From: Octopus bimaculoides
Lineage: Eukaryota
NCBI RefSeq assembly: GCF_001194135.2
Contig: NC_068985.1
Location: 60,343,027 to 60,407,026 of the forward strand
DNA: 64,000 nucleotides
Reading direction: 5' to 3'
Below the pieces are notes generated by a model, which saw nothing but the letters and a program-made list of their open reading frames with translations, did no database searches and was not told the DNA's origin. Every line of letters begins with the position of its first letter. Positions within the stretch are counted from its first letter, which is position 1. The translations under genes and the position numbers were made by a program. Shown in pieces: positions 12,441 to 25,362 of this stretch.

Positions 12441-13203
12441 TGATGGTTGATATATTTTATCTAATCTATGCCATTACATGCTTAGGGTATGGTAATAATT
12501 ATATTGGCCAAACAGGAATATCACTCCATAGAAGAACCACTCTCCACAAAGAACAAATCCACCACCCACAATACAGACAGATACAGGTCAGTGGACACAT
12601 AGAAAGGTGTGCGAGGAATCTTAATCCTAATTTCCTAATTTTTCCCTTCTATCAATGTTCACAGAACACCTCAGTACAACAAAGAATGAATAAAGAGGCA
12701 ACTTTCATCAATAAATATCTTCCACAACTAAATATGAGCACATAACATAATATAGAATACTACTAACCTTCCATTCNNNNNNNNNNNNNNNNNNNNNNNN
12801 NNNNNNNNNNNNNNNNNNNNNNNNNNNNNNNNNNNNNNNNNNNNNNNNNNNNNNNNNNNNNNNNNNNNNNNNNNNNNNNNNNNNNNNNNNNNNNNNNNNN
12901 NNNNNNNNNNNNNNNNNNNNNNNNNNNNNNNNNNNNNNNNNNNNNNNNNNNNNNNNNNNNNNNNNNNNNNNNNNNNNNNNNNNNNNNNNNNNNNNNNNNN
13001 NNNNNNNNNNNNNNNNNNNNNNNNNNNNNNNNNNNNNNNNNNNNNNNNNNNNNNNNNNNNNNNNNNNNNAATGACTTTTATTACTTTTATTCCTACCTCA
13101 GTTCATCTAATTGTATATATCTATTGTTACTTTTCATAAAAAGCCTTTACTTTTTTTGATTTCCAATGTGCATTTTCGCATATTTTTCTCCTTCTTACTT
13201 TCC

Positions 13204-13205
<2 letters not shown>
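12441..13205 (+). mobile_element. Penelope-like GIY-YIG endonuclease segment plus 3' UTR (spans a gap)
   Basis: LIYAITCLGYGNNYIGQTGISLHRRTTLHKEQI..EATFINKYLPQLN. The UTR at 13070-13205 has a homologue at 45960-46145. Confidence 0.88.
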
Positions 13206-13259
<54 letters not shown>

Positions 13260-13439
13260 GTATATACATATCTACTACATATGTGGGAAATTCTGTCTAT
13301 GGGTGTGTTTTGGGAGTTATTAGCTAACTCCTCCTATATCCTTTTATTGATTTTGATAAAACTTGACACATGATTAGAAGTCATGTCTGGAAACCTCATG
13401 GCATACTCAGATTGTTGAAAACAAATCAATAATAGGGCC

Positions 13440-14170
13440 CCTGAAAGGGATCCTTATATATATCTAATATATTTCATATTAATATCCAAGGGAAATAACC
13501 ACTTCGCCCTGATTTTAACCGCCAGGGGAAATAACCCATTCATTTTCCTAAATCATTTGGTATAAATCAAATTGAGTATGCTTATTTCTTAGTATTTGAA
13601 CTGTTAGAGTTATTTTCGCAATCTATCCAGTACAACCCTTAAACAAGTAAATAGTATTTTCTTAAACAATAGATCCACTTATTTTGGTTAGAGACATATT
13701 CACGAATATACCAACATTAGTGCCACTGAGGGTAATATTCTCTGGGAATTCACAAAAGCCTTTTTCAGAGTTATTTACTTTGAATTGTTATTATTTCACA
13801 TATGCTTAGCCTGTTATTACGTAACATGCTTCACGATTTTAGTATATATACCTTATTAGTATTTCCTTCTAAATTCTATATACTCTGGGAATGCATTAAA
13901 GCCCTTTTCAGGGCTACTTTATTTGAATTCTTGTTATTGGGTAACTAATTTCATGTTATTACATAACTGACTTCACAATTTGGGTATCCATAACTTATTG
14001 GAAATTCCTAAAAACAAGATCCTGTGTTAGACAGTTTGGTATTCTCTGTAAATGCACAAATACCTTTTTAAAGGCTACATACTTTGTATTGTTGCTGGTG
14101 GATAAGCGAAGCAATTATGAGGACGGAACGAAGCCTTGCTTTCCCAGGAATTACTAAGTACATCAGCTAG
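13440..14170 (+). mobile_element. Helitron-like non-autonomous element with internal ~145-160 bp tandem units
   Basis: A unit starting CTCTGGGAAT recurs at 13740, 13883 and 14044. The element ends CAGCTAG|T at 14170. Confidence 0.4.
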
Positions 14171-14176
14171 TGTTTT

Positions 14177-14209
<33 letters not shown>

Positions 14210-14212
14210 ATG

Positions 14213-14257
<45 letters not shown>

Positions 14258-14388
14258 ATATATATATATAGATATATATGTATATATATATATATATGTA
14301 TATATATATGTATATATATATGCATTTATATATATATATATGTATATATGTATGCATATATGTATATATATGTATATATATATATATG

Positions 14389-14487
<99 letters not shown>

Positions 14488-15306
14488 NNNNNNNNNNNNN
14501 NNNNNNNNNNNNNNNNNNNNNNNNNNNNNNNNNNNNNNNNNNNNNNNNNNNNNNNNNNNNNNNNNNNNNNNNNNNNNNNNNNNNNNNNNNNNNNNNNNNN
14601 NNNNNNNNNNNNNNNNNNNNNNNNNNNNNNNNNNNNNNNNNNNNNNNNNNNNNNNNNNNNNNNNNNNNNNNNNNNNNNNNNNNNNNNNNNNNNNNNNNNN
14701 NNNNNNNNNNNNNNNNNNNNNNNNNNNNNNNNNNNNNNNNNNNNNNNNNNNNNNNNNNNNNNNNNNNNNNNNNNNNNNNNNNNNNNNNNNNNNNNNNNNN
14801 NNNNNNNNNNNNNNNNNNNNNNNNNNNNNNNNNNNNNNNNNNNNNNNNNNNNNNNNNNNNNNNNNNNNNNNNNNNNNNNNNNNNNNNNNNNNNNNNNNNN
14901 NNNNNNNNNNNNNNNNNNNNNNNNNNNNNNNNNNNNNNNNNNNNNNNNNNNNNNNNNNNNNNNNNNNNNNNNNNNNAGAGAGAGAGCGAACTGTATTGTC
15001 AGATATCTAGATTAAATATACTGGAAGCAACATAGTCTATATGTCCAGATAGATATTAAAATAAATATATAAATATCCTTAAGGGACTCCATTGGAATCT
15101 CAAACCAATTATATCTCAATGACAACATCATTTTCAGTGGAAGAATTGTGGAGATAGGATAAAAGAAAAGCTAATTTGAAAAATAATTTCAGAAAGACAG
15201 AGAATGACATCGAGGGTAATCAAAAGAAGCTGCAAGGGGAATGGTAAAAAGAAAATCATTTAGAAACACACACAGACACACCTGTGCATATGCAAATATG
15301 TATATG

Positions 15307-15348
<42 letters not shown>

Positions 15349-15753
15349 CTCAAAACTCAAAAATATGCATGTAAATGCACATACAAACACACACACATAT
15401 AATACATTCAGTAAAGATTTTATATGGCTACAATCTGTTTTGAGTAATTATGCAAATTGTCGCGTAATTCACTCATTCAAACTACCTGTTTCTGTGTATT
15501 GTGTGAAAAAAGAACCAGCAGAAATTGGATTTGGTCTCAGAAGAGACACCAAAGCAAATGTGAACATTGTGTAGAATCCCTTTCTATGAGTGTGGAACAG
15601 TCCAAAACCATGACTCACCTGCTTGATTGACTCTTCTTTATTGTTTGGATAAATTGAAAACTAATTATAACTAACCCAGGTTGCCTCAAAATAATGCAAA
15701 TAGTTGAGAGCAAAATTATTAATAATAATAATAACAATAATAATAATAATAAT

Positions 15754-16063
15754 ACCACAATCGGACTGGCCAAATACCTTGAAACAACCAACGATTGGAT
15801 GCTGAAACTTGTTGAAAAACATGAAAGACCGAAAAAACTTCACTCTATTCTGAAAGAGAGCAAAAAATTCGCTACCAAACTCTTAGATACCCACCAGCTT
15901 GATCAGGTTGAAGGAAATGCGCCAACTGCTGCTGCAAAGAAAATAAAATTAATTGCAAAGACAAAAGCACATGAAAAATTAGCTAGCAGATGGGAACAGA
16001 AACCTCTGCATGGCAAGTATGTGGCTCGTAGCAAACAAGCTGATGTCGACCAGAAACGCACGC
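15754..16063 (+). mobile_element. Dong/R4-clade non-LTR retrotransposon fragment, 5'-truncated
   Basis: Open frame IGLAKYL..RWEQKPLHGKY..DVDQKRT directly after (AAT)n. It is homologous to the region preceding the RLE domain in the 52-53 kb copy. Confidence 0.85.
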
Positions 16064-17054
16064 NNNNNNNNNNNNNNNNNNNNNNNNNNNNNNNNNNNNN
16101 NNNNNNNNNNNNNNNNNNNNNNNNNNNNNNNNNNNNNNNNNNNNNNNNNNNNNNNNNNNNNNNNNNNNNNNNNNNNNNNNNNNNNNNNNNNNNNNNNNNN
16201 NNNNNNNNNNNNNNNNNNNNNNNNNNNNNNNNNNNNNNNNNNNNNNNNNNNNNNNNNNNNNNNNNNNNNNNNNNNNNNNNNNNNNNNNNNNNNNNNNNNN
16301 NNNNNNNNNNNNNNNNNNNNNNNNNNNNNNNNNNNNNNNNNNNNNNNNNNNNNNNNNNNNNNNNNNNNNNNNNNNNNNNNNNNNNNNNNNNNNNNNNNNN
16401 NNNNNNNNNNNNNNNNNNNNNNNNNNNNNNNNNNNNNNNNNNNNNNNNNNNNNNNNNNNNNNNNNNNNNNNNNNNNNNNNNNNNNNNNNNNNNNNNNNNN
16501 NNNNNNNNNNNNNNNNNNNNNNNNNNNNNNNNNNNNNNNNNNNNNNNNNNNNNNNNNNNNNNNNNNNNNNNNNNNNNNNNNNNNNNNNNNNNNNNNNNNN
16601 NNNNNNNNNNNNNNNNNNNNNNNNNNNNNNNNNNNNNNNNNNNNNNNNNNNNNNNNNNNNNNNNNNNNNNNNNNNNNNNNNNNNNNNNNNNNNNNNNNNN
16701 NNNNNNNNNNNNNNNNNNNNNNNNNNNNNNNNNNNNNNNNNNNNNNNNNNNNNNNNNNNNNNNNNNNNNNNNNNNNNNNNNNNNNNNNNNNNNNNNNNNN
16801 NNNNNNNNNNNNNNNNNNNNNNNNNNNNNNNNNNNNNNNNNNNNNNNNNNNNNNNNNNNNNNNNNNNNNNNNNNNNNNNNNNNNNNNNNNNNNNNNNAAT
16901 ACATGGTTTACCTGTGAATTTGCGTGTGTAAACTGGGATTGCATACAAAGAGTTTCTCTGCCCTAGGTGTACGGAAAACACTCGGCGAGAAATGGAAGAA
17001 AATTTGAAGAAAGAAGGAAAAAAACAACAACATAATAATAATAATAATAATAAC

Positions 17055-17180
17055 AACAACAACATTGAAAAATACCTTAGGAATGAGAACCCAGGTTCGA
17101 AATTTCCCCAAGACACCTGAAGAAGATGAGGACAAATATCCGTTGAATGTAAATAATGTAAATAATGTAAATAATAATAA
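17055..17180 (+). mobile_element. Deleted copy of the Penelope-type tail seen at 49.95-50.1 kb
   Basis: AAAAATACCTTAGGAATGAGAACCCAGGTTCGAAATTTCCCCAAGACACCTGAAGAAG is joined directly to ATGAGGACAAATATCCG. Confidence 0.8.
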
Positions 17181-17188
17181 TAATAATA

Positions 17189-17712
17189 CAAAAGACGCCA
17201 TGACAATGTAGCAAGAATGATCCATTGGAAGCTCTGTGGAAACCACGGCCTACAAAGAGCAAAGACGTGGTATGAGCAAACCTGAGAAGGAGTCACCTAA
17301 AATGAGAATTGCAAAATCCTGTGGGACACAATGATCCAGTGGGATCATCCAGCCAGACATTGGAAACTGGACATTGTTGTGATGAATAAAAAAGGAAAGA
17401 ACATGCCCTGGTGACAACAGAGTCAATGTGAAAGAAGAAGAAAAAAATAAACAACTATGATGATTTGAAGTGGGAAATTTGAAGGTCGTGGTCAATGAGG
17501 AAAGTAGACGTGATACCGGTAGTAACTTATGCACTTGGAATTATCAGCACTCAACTTCCAGCATGGCTGAAAAAGATTGGTGCAAGTGTGACGGTAGAAT
17601 AACTACAAAAATCAGCATTGCTTGAAGATAAACAAGTGTCACCTTAATCTGCTGGCTGTGGACAGCTAACACCTTCCATCATACCCAGCAAAATAAGCTG
17701 TGAGGTTACATA
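17189..17712 (+). mobile_element. Dong/R4 restriction-like endonuclease fragment
   Basis: KRRHDNVARMIHWKLC..KILWD..DIVV..PGDNRV..EEEKI..VIPVV..ALG, flanked by (AAT)n on both sides. Confidence 0.85.
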
Positions 17713-18759
17713 TAATAATAATGATAATCCTTTCTACTAAAGGCAAAAGGCTTAAAAATAATAATGATAATAATAACAACAACAATAATTTATCTTTACT
17801 GGTAGCAAGGCCTTAAAGATACAATGCAGAACATGCTATACGAAAGGGAGTTACAAAACATGTGGAGATGTAGTCACACATACACACACACAATGAAGGG
17901 TGCACAAGTGTAATACATGATCATCTTTTTTTATAAAAACAAAACAAAAACAAATACAAATACGTAGAAATAATGGTAACTGGCACCTCCAAGGAAGAAG
18001 AATTACCCTGGAGACAAGAGCAGGGCACCCACAACTTTATCCACTTTCCAGCCTGATTAACCTTACAAACTAAATTCTCCAAAATTACTTGTGATCATTT
18101 TCAGTCTTAACCAAGCAGTAATAGTGTTCCCCCACCCACTCACTTTCTCAGCTGATGTATTCTTTATATACTCTTTATCATCTAAAAAATGCATGGTATT
18201 CATCTTTCAACTCCTCCTCAACTCCAGCTCAGTGTAAAAATCTGTTAGAATAAGTTGGCTAATATTCTCATTTCATATAAAGTCATGGGAATAGGCTCCT
18301 CTTCAGGTGAAATGTCTAATCTATTTGTTGTTTTTATCAGGAATCACTCTTTGCATCTTTTTCTTTTCTTTTCTTATTGGGTTCCTACACTTCCTCCAAT
18401 TCCATCTCCTCCACATCATCACAAGGCAATGAAGTGGTACTGCAGTATGAGCCCTGGCTGGTACTGCAGTATGAACCATTGTGTATTCCAGCAATATGAG
18501 CCTCCAGATGGTATTATAGCTGATATAATAGGCTGCTGAGTTGTAATGTAGTATAAGCCTTTAAGTAGTACTGCAGTATGATCTTGTGTTAGATGAAGAA
18601 AGCTATCAGCTTCTCAGTTTTGTCATACTATTCTTATGTTAAAGTACACTGGCCACAAACTCATTTTACTTGTCTGTATTATATGTATGACCACCTGTGA
18701 TGTGCTACAAACAATAGTAACAGCCACAATGGTCTTCACTTGCCTCAATTATTGTTATT

Positions 18760-18960
18760 GCTGTCTCTGCTACCCTCCATCATCCTCTTTTCCTTCTGTT
18801 TTTCCTCTTCATTTGAGCAGAAGGCCCTCAAGTGGCATTTATGTCCACAAATGTAACAAATAGACCTTCTGTCCCCACAACACTTATCTGGCGGGATTTT
18901 TTCCTCACCACCTCAATAATTCCAGAATAGATTTACAATCTTCAAAGGTTGTTTGGACCT
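18760..18960 (-). mobile_element. Degenerate LINE ORF1/gag-like fragment with CCHC zinc knuckle
   Basis: GDRRSICYICGHKCHLRAFC = C-X2-C-X4-H-X4-C (18817-18858). Confidence 0.6.
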
Positions 18961-18967
18961 GATTGTC

Positions 18968-19260
18968 TCAACAGACCCCAGTACTTGACTGATACTTTAT
19001 TTTATGAACCCTTAAGGGATGAAAGCTGAAGTTGACCATGATGTGCTTTGAACTCAGGACATTGATGAAGATTTCTATCATAGGAATAAGGCCACAAATT
19101 TAGGCTGAGTTGTTAGTCAGTTAAATACACCGCAGTACTTGACTGGAACATAATTGATTCTGGAAGAATCAATGGCAAAAATTAGCATCAGTAGGATTTG
19201 AACTCAGAATGTAGAGTGGGTGGAAATGCTGTAAAGTATTTTATCCAATGCACCAAACTG
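18968..19260 (-). mobile_element. Two degenerate family A SINE copies
   Basis: CCCCAGTACTTGACTG, GGATGAAAG..AAGTTGAC and TTTGAACTCAG are reverse-complement matches to family A. Confidence 0.6.
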
Positions 19261-19643
19261 GAAATTATGATATCTAACTGAAAAATAAAGATTTCAAGCA
19301 TCATGACAATATTAGCTTTAAAAAAATTATTTTAGAGGACAATGAAATTTGGAAAAAAAAAAAAATCATAAAAGTGAAAAATCAATTTTTGATCGAATTA
19401 AATGATTATCTAAGCAGATAGAATTTGTATTGATTGGAATTTTTAGAAGAGAAAATACTTCATGAATATAATAATAGCAAGGATAACATCAAAATCTCCC
19501 AAAATATTTTAATAATCTTATATATAAACTATGGCAGTAATAATGTGTTCATAACCTGGGACCATATTTAGAGAAAGAATTACCACAGATTAGGATTGAG
19601 ACAAGGAAGAAGGAATACAAGAGGAACCCATCANNNNNNNNNN

Positions 19644-19687
<44 letters not shown>

Positions 19688-20223
19688 TATTTAACAGAAG
19701 TAACAGAGTGATTCTGTTACTTCTACTAAATATTCTATCTTTCCTGTTTGCATTGACAAACATATATATTTATTTATTTATTTAATTTTACTTATTTATA
19801 TTCCTAATTCAAAATTTTTTCTTTTAACTTTTAGAGAGTTTTAAATGAAGCAATCATCATATACGCATGCAATGGAAGCAGCTTTACTGTAAAATTTTTA
19901 TATGACATAGCATATGTGCATCATTGAAAATCCAGAAGCTGCAGTTTTCGTTCAGGAAAATATCCCTTTATAGACATATTGTGTCAAAAAATTCCGTTGC
20001 ATAATTTGAATTTTATTCAGCCTAAGTGGCATCATTGCACACTTTTATATATATTTAGAACTGGCCAAGCTGACTTTGTTTCAGAAGTGACTCCATTATG
20101 TGACATTGGCAAGCTGCAAAAATGATGAAATATGTATCTGTTGCTCTCATGATCATTTCCAAAGTGATATTGAATTTTTCAGCAGAATACACCTATAAAG
20201 GGATTTTTTCCCAGATGAAAAAT

Positions 20224-22920
20224 ATCATCATCATCAGTGTTAAACATCCACTTTCCCTGCTGGCATGGGTTGGACAGTTTGACTGAGGACCGGCATACCA
20301 GGAGGCTGCATCAGGCTCCAATCTGATCTGGTAAAGTTTCTACAGCTAGATGCCATTCCTAACGCCAACCACTCTGAGAATGTAATGGGTACTTTTTATA
20401 TGCCACCAGCATGGGAGCCAGTCAGGTGGCACTGGCATCAACTATGCTCGAATGGTGCTTTTTACATGCCGTCAGCATGGGAGCCAGTCAGGTGGCATTG
20501 GCATCGACCACGCTTGAATGGTACTTTTTACATGTCACTGGCATGGGTGCCAGTCAGGTGGCACTGGCATCAGCCACGACTACGACTACGACTACGATTT
20601 CACTTGACTCAACAGGTCTTTTCAAGCAGAACATATTACCCAACGATTGAAGGGTGCTTTTAAACGGGCTGGTTCTGCAACACTGGCATTGACCATGACT
20701 ACGATCTCACTTGACTTGCCAGGTCATCTCTGTCACAGTATATTTTCAAAGGTCTCGGATGCTTGTCATTGCCTTTGTGAGGCACAACGTTTGAAGGTTG
20801 TGCTTCTCTATCTCATCCCATGTCTTCCTGGGTCTACCTCTTCCACAGGTTCCTTCCACCATTAGGGTGTGACACTTCTTCACACAACTGTTCTCATCTA
20901 TACATGACCATACCAGCGGAGTCATCCCTACTACACACCACATGTGATGCTTTTTATGTCCAACTTTTCTCTCAGGGTGCTTACACTCTGTCATATATGC
21001 ACACTGACATTACACATCCAGCAAAGCATACTACCTTCATTTCTTTGAAGCCTATGCATGTCCTCAGCAGTCACAGCTTATGTTTCATTGCCATGTAACA
21101 TGGCTGTTCACACACATGCATCATACAGTCTACCTTTCACTCTGAGTGAGAGGCCTCTTGTTAGCAGCAGAGATAGGAGCTCCCTGAACTTTGCCTAAGC
21201 TATTCTTATTCTAGCAGCCACCCGCCACTACTGACTTGGTCACCTAAGGAACAGAAGCTGTCAACTACTTTTAGTTTCTTCCCCTGGCATGTGATGGCAT
21301 CTGTTTTCTGTATATCTTTGGTGTTTATTGCCCCCTGTGCATCTGCTATACACAAAATCTATCTTCCCAGTTAACCTTCTTTTGATATTGCTGCACCTCT
21401 TATGTGTCCATAGCTTACACCAGGTACATCTTATGGAGTTTCTGCCTATGCCTTTTCTACAGGTCGAACAAGGTCATCTACCTGAAGGGGTTTGTGATTC
21501 GTCTGCCTTCCTACTTACTAAGACTTTGGTTTTTGCTTGATTGACTCTAATTCTAAACTTTGCTTCTACATCTAGAACTTCTCTAACTCTGGTAGTGACT
21601 CAGCTACTAGGGCAAGGTCAAAGCATAGAGGAGCTCTCAGGGGCAGCATGTCTTGAATTCCTCTGTTATTGCCTGGTGGACTATGATGAATAAAAGGGGG
21701 TTGAGGACTAATCCTTGGTGAACCCATACTTCTACCCAGAATTCTTCACTATACTTGTTGCCAACCCTAACTTTACTGACAGCATCCCTGTACAGGGCTT
21801 GAATAGCTCTCACCAAGCACTCGTCTATCCCTATTTTCTGCATTGACCACCAGATAAGGGATCAGGGGACCTTGTCAAAGGCTTTCTCCATGTCAACAAA
21901 GGCCAAGTTCAGATGTTTATCTTTGGCTAAGAATTTCTCCTGAAGCTGTCTTAACGGAAATATAGTATCAGTGGTGCTTCTCTCTAGCACAAACTCAAAC
22001 TGCATCTCATCTAAACTAACTCTCTCCCTAATTAATTGGGCTATGACCCTCTCCATGATTTTCATCACCTGGGCAGCCATTTAACCCATATCCTGAAATC
22101 ACTAACTACTAACCTATCTTGTGGGATGCGTTCTTCACCTGGGAAAGTTTTGGCATTTATAAGTAGCCATCTTTCCTATTTCCTGGTGACAATGTAGTCA
22201 ATCTGACTAGTGTGCCCACCTGACTGGTAGGTGAACAGCTGACTGGCAGGTTTCCTGAAGTTAGTATTACAGATCATAAAATCATTTGCATCACAGAACT
22301 CCAGCAGCTTGGTTCATTGCGGGAACCAAATCCGTTGCCACCATGGAATCTCCCTGAAGTTGCCAGCCACAAAGAGAAGGTACCTGTCATTCATCAATGA
22401 GGTAGTCTGCAAGAAGGTGTCATAAAATCGGTCTTTCTATTCATCAGGTAGCTCTAGCTGAGGAGCATAAGCTGAGATATTGTTGCAGCACTAGTCTAAG
22501 CTTGAATATTCTATCACAGACTCTGACTACACTGATTACTTTATCAACCCATTTCTCCGCAAGGAGTATACCCATGCCCCCAACCCCAGTGTTCCCTACC
22601 CAGAAAATCTTATACCTATGTTCTTTGCCTGTGAGGAAACTAGCAGAACTTCCTCTCCATCTTACTTCTTGGATGCAGCACAAATCTACATGTCTCCGTT
22701 CAAGCATCTCAACAATCTCACCAGACATACCTTTCAATGTGCCAACATTAAGTGTGCCAACATTAAGTGTGCCAACATTAAGTGTGCCAACATTAAGTGT
22801 GCCAACTTTGAGGATGTGGAAGGTGTGGGCCAGCAAGACCCTGAGATGGGGGATGGCAGCATTATGCATGTGAAAAGACAGCTCGCATATGGCGGATCTC
22901 ATAAACATACAAATAGCCTT
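20224..22920 (-). mobile_element. Near-full-length decayed RTE LINE (APE + RT, internal deletion)
   Basis: APE: VGTLN..DLCCIQEVRWRG. RT: LDEMQF..STTDTIF..AFVDMEKAFDKVP, HQGLVLNPLLF and GRGRPRKTWDE. It also has a 3' UTR tandem array and an (ATG)n tail. Confidence 0.95.
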
Positions 22921-23039
22921 CAACCTGCATACACTACACCATCATTTTATTCATTACATAATCAATATTTTCTACAGGAGATAGACACTAGATAGGGATG
23001 GAGAGGGGAAAGCATTCTGTATAGTAAGCCGTTAGAGGT

Positions 23040-25030
23040 GCTGAGGAGAAAGACAACCTGTAGAGGTCAGAGGATAAAGACTTCCGGTATAAGTGGTGGG
23101 ATGGGCGGGTGCACCGCAAATAGCAAAGCACTGTGTCAGCCCTATTCCCTAGCAGAAGCTGAGACAAAGGTAGCTAATCAATATAGAAAAAGCAAGTGGT
23201 TAACGAAAATGAGGGAGAGCGGTAAAAATTTACCAGAATTAGGGCTGATTGAAAACAAACATGAAGAGATGGAATTTTTGAGATTTAGAGCAAAAGTAGA
23301 TAAACATTTACATTCTTAACATTAACTCCAGCTATGACAATAACCTACAGTATGAAAAATAAGATCTATTTTGTAATGTGATATAATATTGTTTCACTTT
23401 TATACTTTCAATTTTAGTTCAAATGCGATAACACTAAGATCATCTTATTTTACACAGCAGTTGCAAGGTTGCAAGGTATTTACAGTTACACGTGTATGTG
23501 TCTGAGTGTGTGTGTTTCTGCGTTAGATATGTTATTCAACATACATCTACACTTTCATATACACATGTGACAACTGACATGCGTGAATACATGTCATTTT
23601 GTTTTCATTTTGATTATAACATTACTACATACATTTCAATTAAAACAATATTACATACATACAACTGCTTACAAAAATAGAGATTAATGTATATTTTTTT
23701 TCTATGTTCATAATTTTTTGTTTAAAATAGTGAATTTTAGAAGTTTAAAATAGTGAAAAAAATATGCCACCAAAGAAAAAACGTAATCTCTTCAGAAATA
23801 CTTATAAAGCACGGAGGAGTGCAGAAAACCACAGGCAAGAATCTCAAGAGATAAGAGACATGAGACTTTCTCAAAATCAGCAAAGGCAGACTGCAGCATG
23901 TCAGATGGAGTCTCAATACAGAAGGAACATGACCCTTTCCAAAGATCCCCAAACGCATGCTGCAGCATGTCAAATATAGTCACAAGAGAGAAAGGAGAGG
24001 AGGCTTTCTCAACATCAGCAAAGGCATGCTGCAGAATGTCTGGAGTCCCAAGACAGAAGGGAGATGAGATTTTCTTGAGATCAGCAAAGACATGCTGCAG
24101 CACATCAGATGGAGTCTCAAGAGAGACTGTAAAATGAGGTTTAGATGTATGTTAGGTTGGAAACAAGAGTTGCTTATCTGAACATTTTCTCCTTATCTGA
24201 TTCCCATTTTGTGAGGCATAGTTGTAAATATGGGGTAGAGAATTTATATAGTGTGGGGGTGGAGGAAGTGGAAGTAATATCCTCATGCCAGCGAAAGAAC
24301 AGTGAATGACAAAGCACTGTCAGCTCTATTTGCTAGCAGAAGCCAAGACAAAGCTAGCTGCTAATGAATTAACAATGAACACGAGAAAAGCAAGCAGTTA
24401 ATGAAACAGAGAGGGAGAGCGGTGAAAATTTTACCAGAATTAGGACTGATCAAAAACAAACATGAAGAGATGGAGGTTTTGAGATTTAGTGTAAGAGTAA
24501 ATGAACATTTGCATTCTTAACTTTAACTATAGCGATAACTATAACATACAGCCAAACTTTGTGACAAAAATAGAGAAATGAATGAATAACAATATCAATA
24601 ATAATAATTATAATGAACATTATGGTGAGAGAATTGAATAGAATTGACCAAAGGGTTTCTTAAGTTTACTATAACATACAGCATGAAATAAACGAAGTTG
24701 TGTGGGTACATAAATAAATTAATGAATAATAATAGTAATTATAATTTGCACTGTGAAATTAGGTTTCGATGTGTGCTAGGTTGGAAACAAGAGTTGCTTA
24801 TCTGAACATTTTCTATTTTTCTGATTTCCCCTTTGTGAAGCAAAGTTGCAAATATGCGGTAGAGAATCTGAAGGGAGCTAATTTATTAGGGTGGGGGTGG
24901 GGGAAGCAGAAGTAATATCCTCGTGTTGGCCAAAGAATGGTGAATGGCAAAGCACTGTCAGCTCTGTTCCCTAGCAGAAACTGAGACAAAGCTAGCTGCT
25001 AATTAACTAACAATTAACATGGGACTAACA
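23040..25030 (+). mobile_element. Helitron-derived composite: N-terminal ORF remnant with 69-bp repeats plus tandemly repeated non-coding block
   Basis: MPPKKKRNLFRN..RQESQEIRDMRLSQNQQRQ resembles the ORF start in the 1957-3500 Helitron. The block recurs at about 23100, 24140 and 24765. Confidence 0.55.
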
Positions 25031-25362
25031 AGCTTTTAGATTTTCAATAACACATGGACGCACACACATGTCATCATTGTCTTACCCATCATATGCATGG
25101 TGAACAGTGGGAACCAAAATGCTGGCTTACATAATTCTTCTTAATATGTTCCAGGAGATTCAAGCATGAATATGTTAAGCATTGTTGTGTTCTGTCACAA
25201 GAGAACAACTCTTTTATAGCAATTAGATGCTCATAACAAACTTGATTCATTAGTGTAAAGGATTTTGGGGCATCCAATGTTTTGACTTTTTTGTGTCATG
25301 TTGAATGTTTATATATGTACATATATAAACATATACACATATACATACATACACTAAGAAAT

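Noticed and set aside
20393-20600. CRISPR-like regularly spaced repeats
   Set aside because: The units are contiguous with no unique spacers, lie in an RTE 3' UTR, and are in a eukaryotic context.
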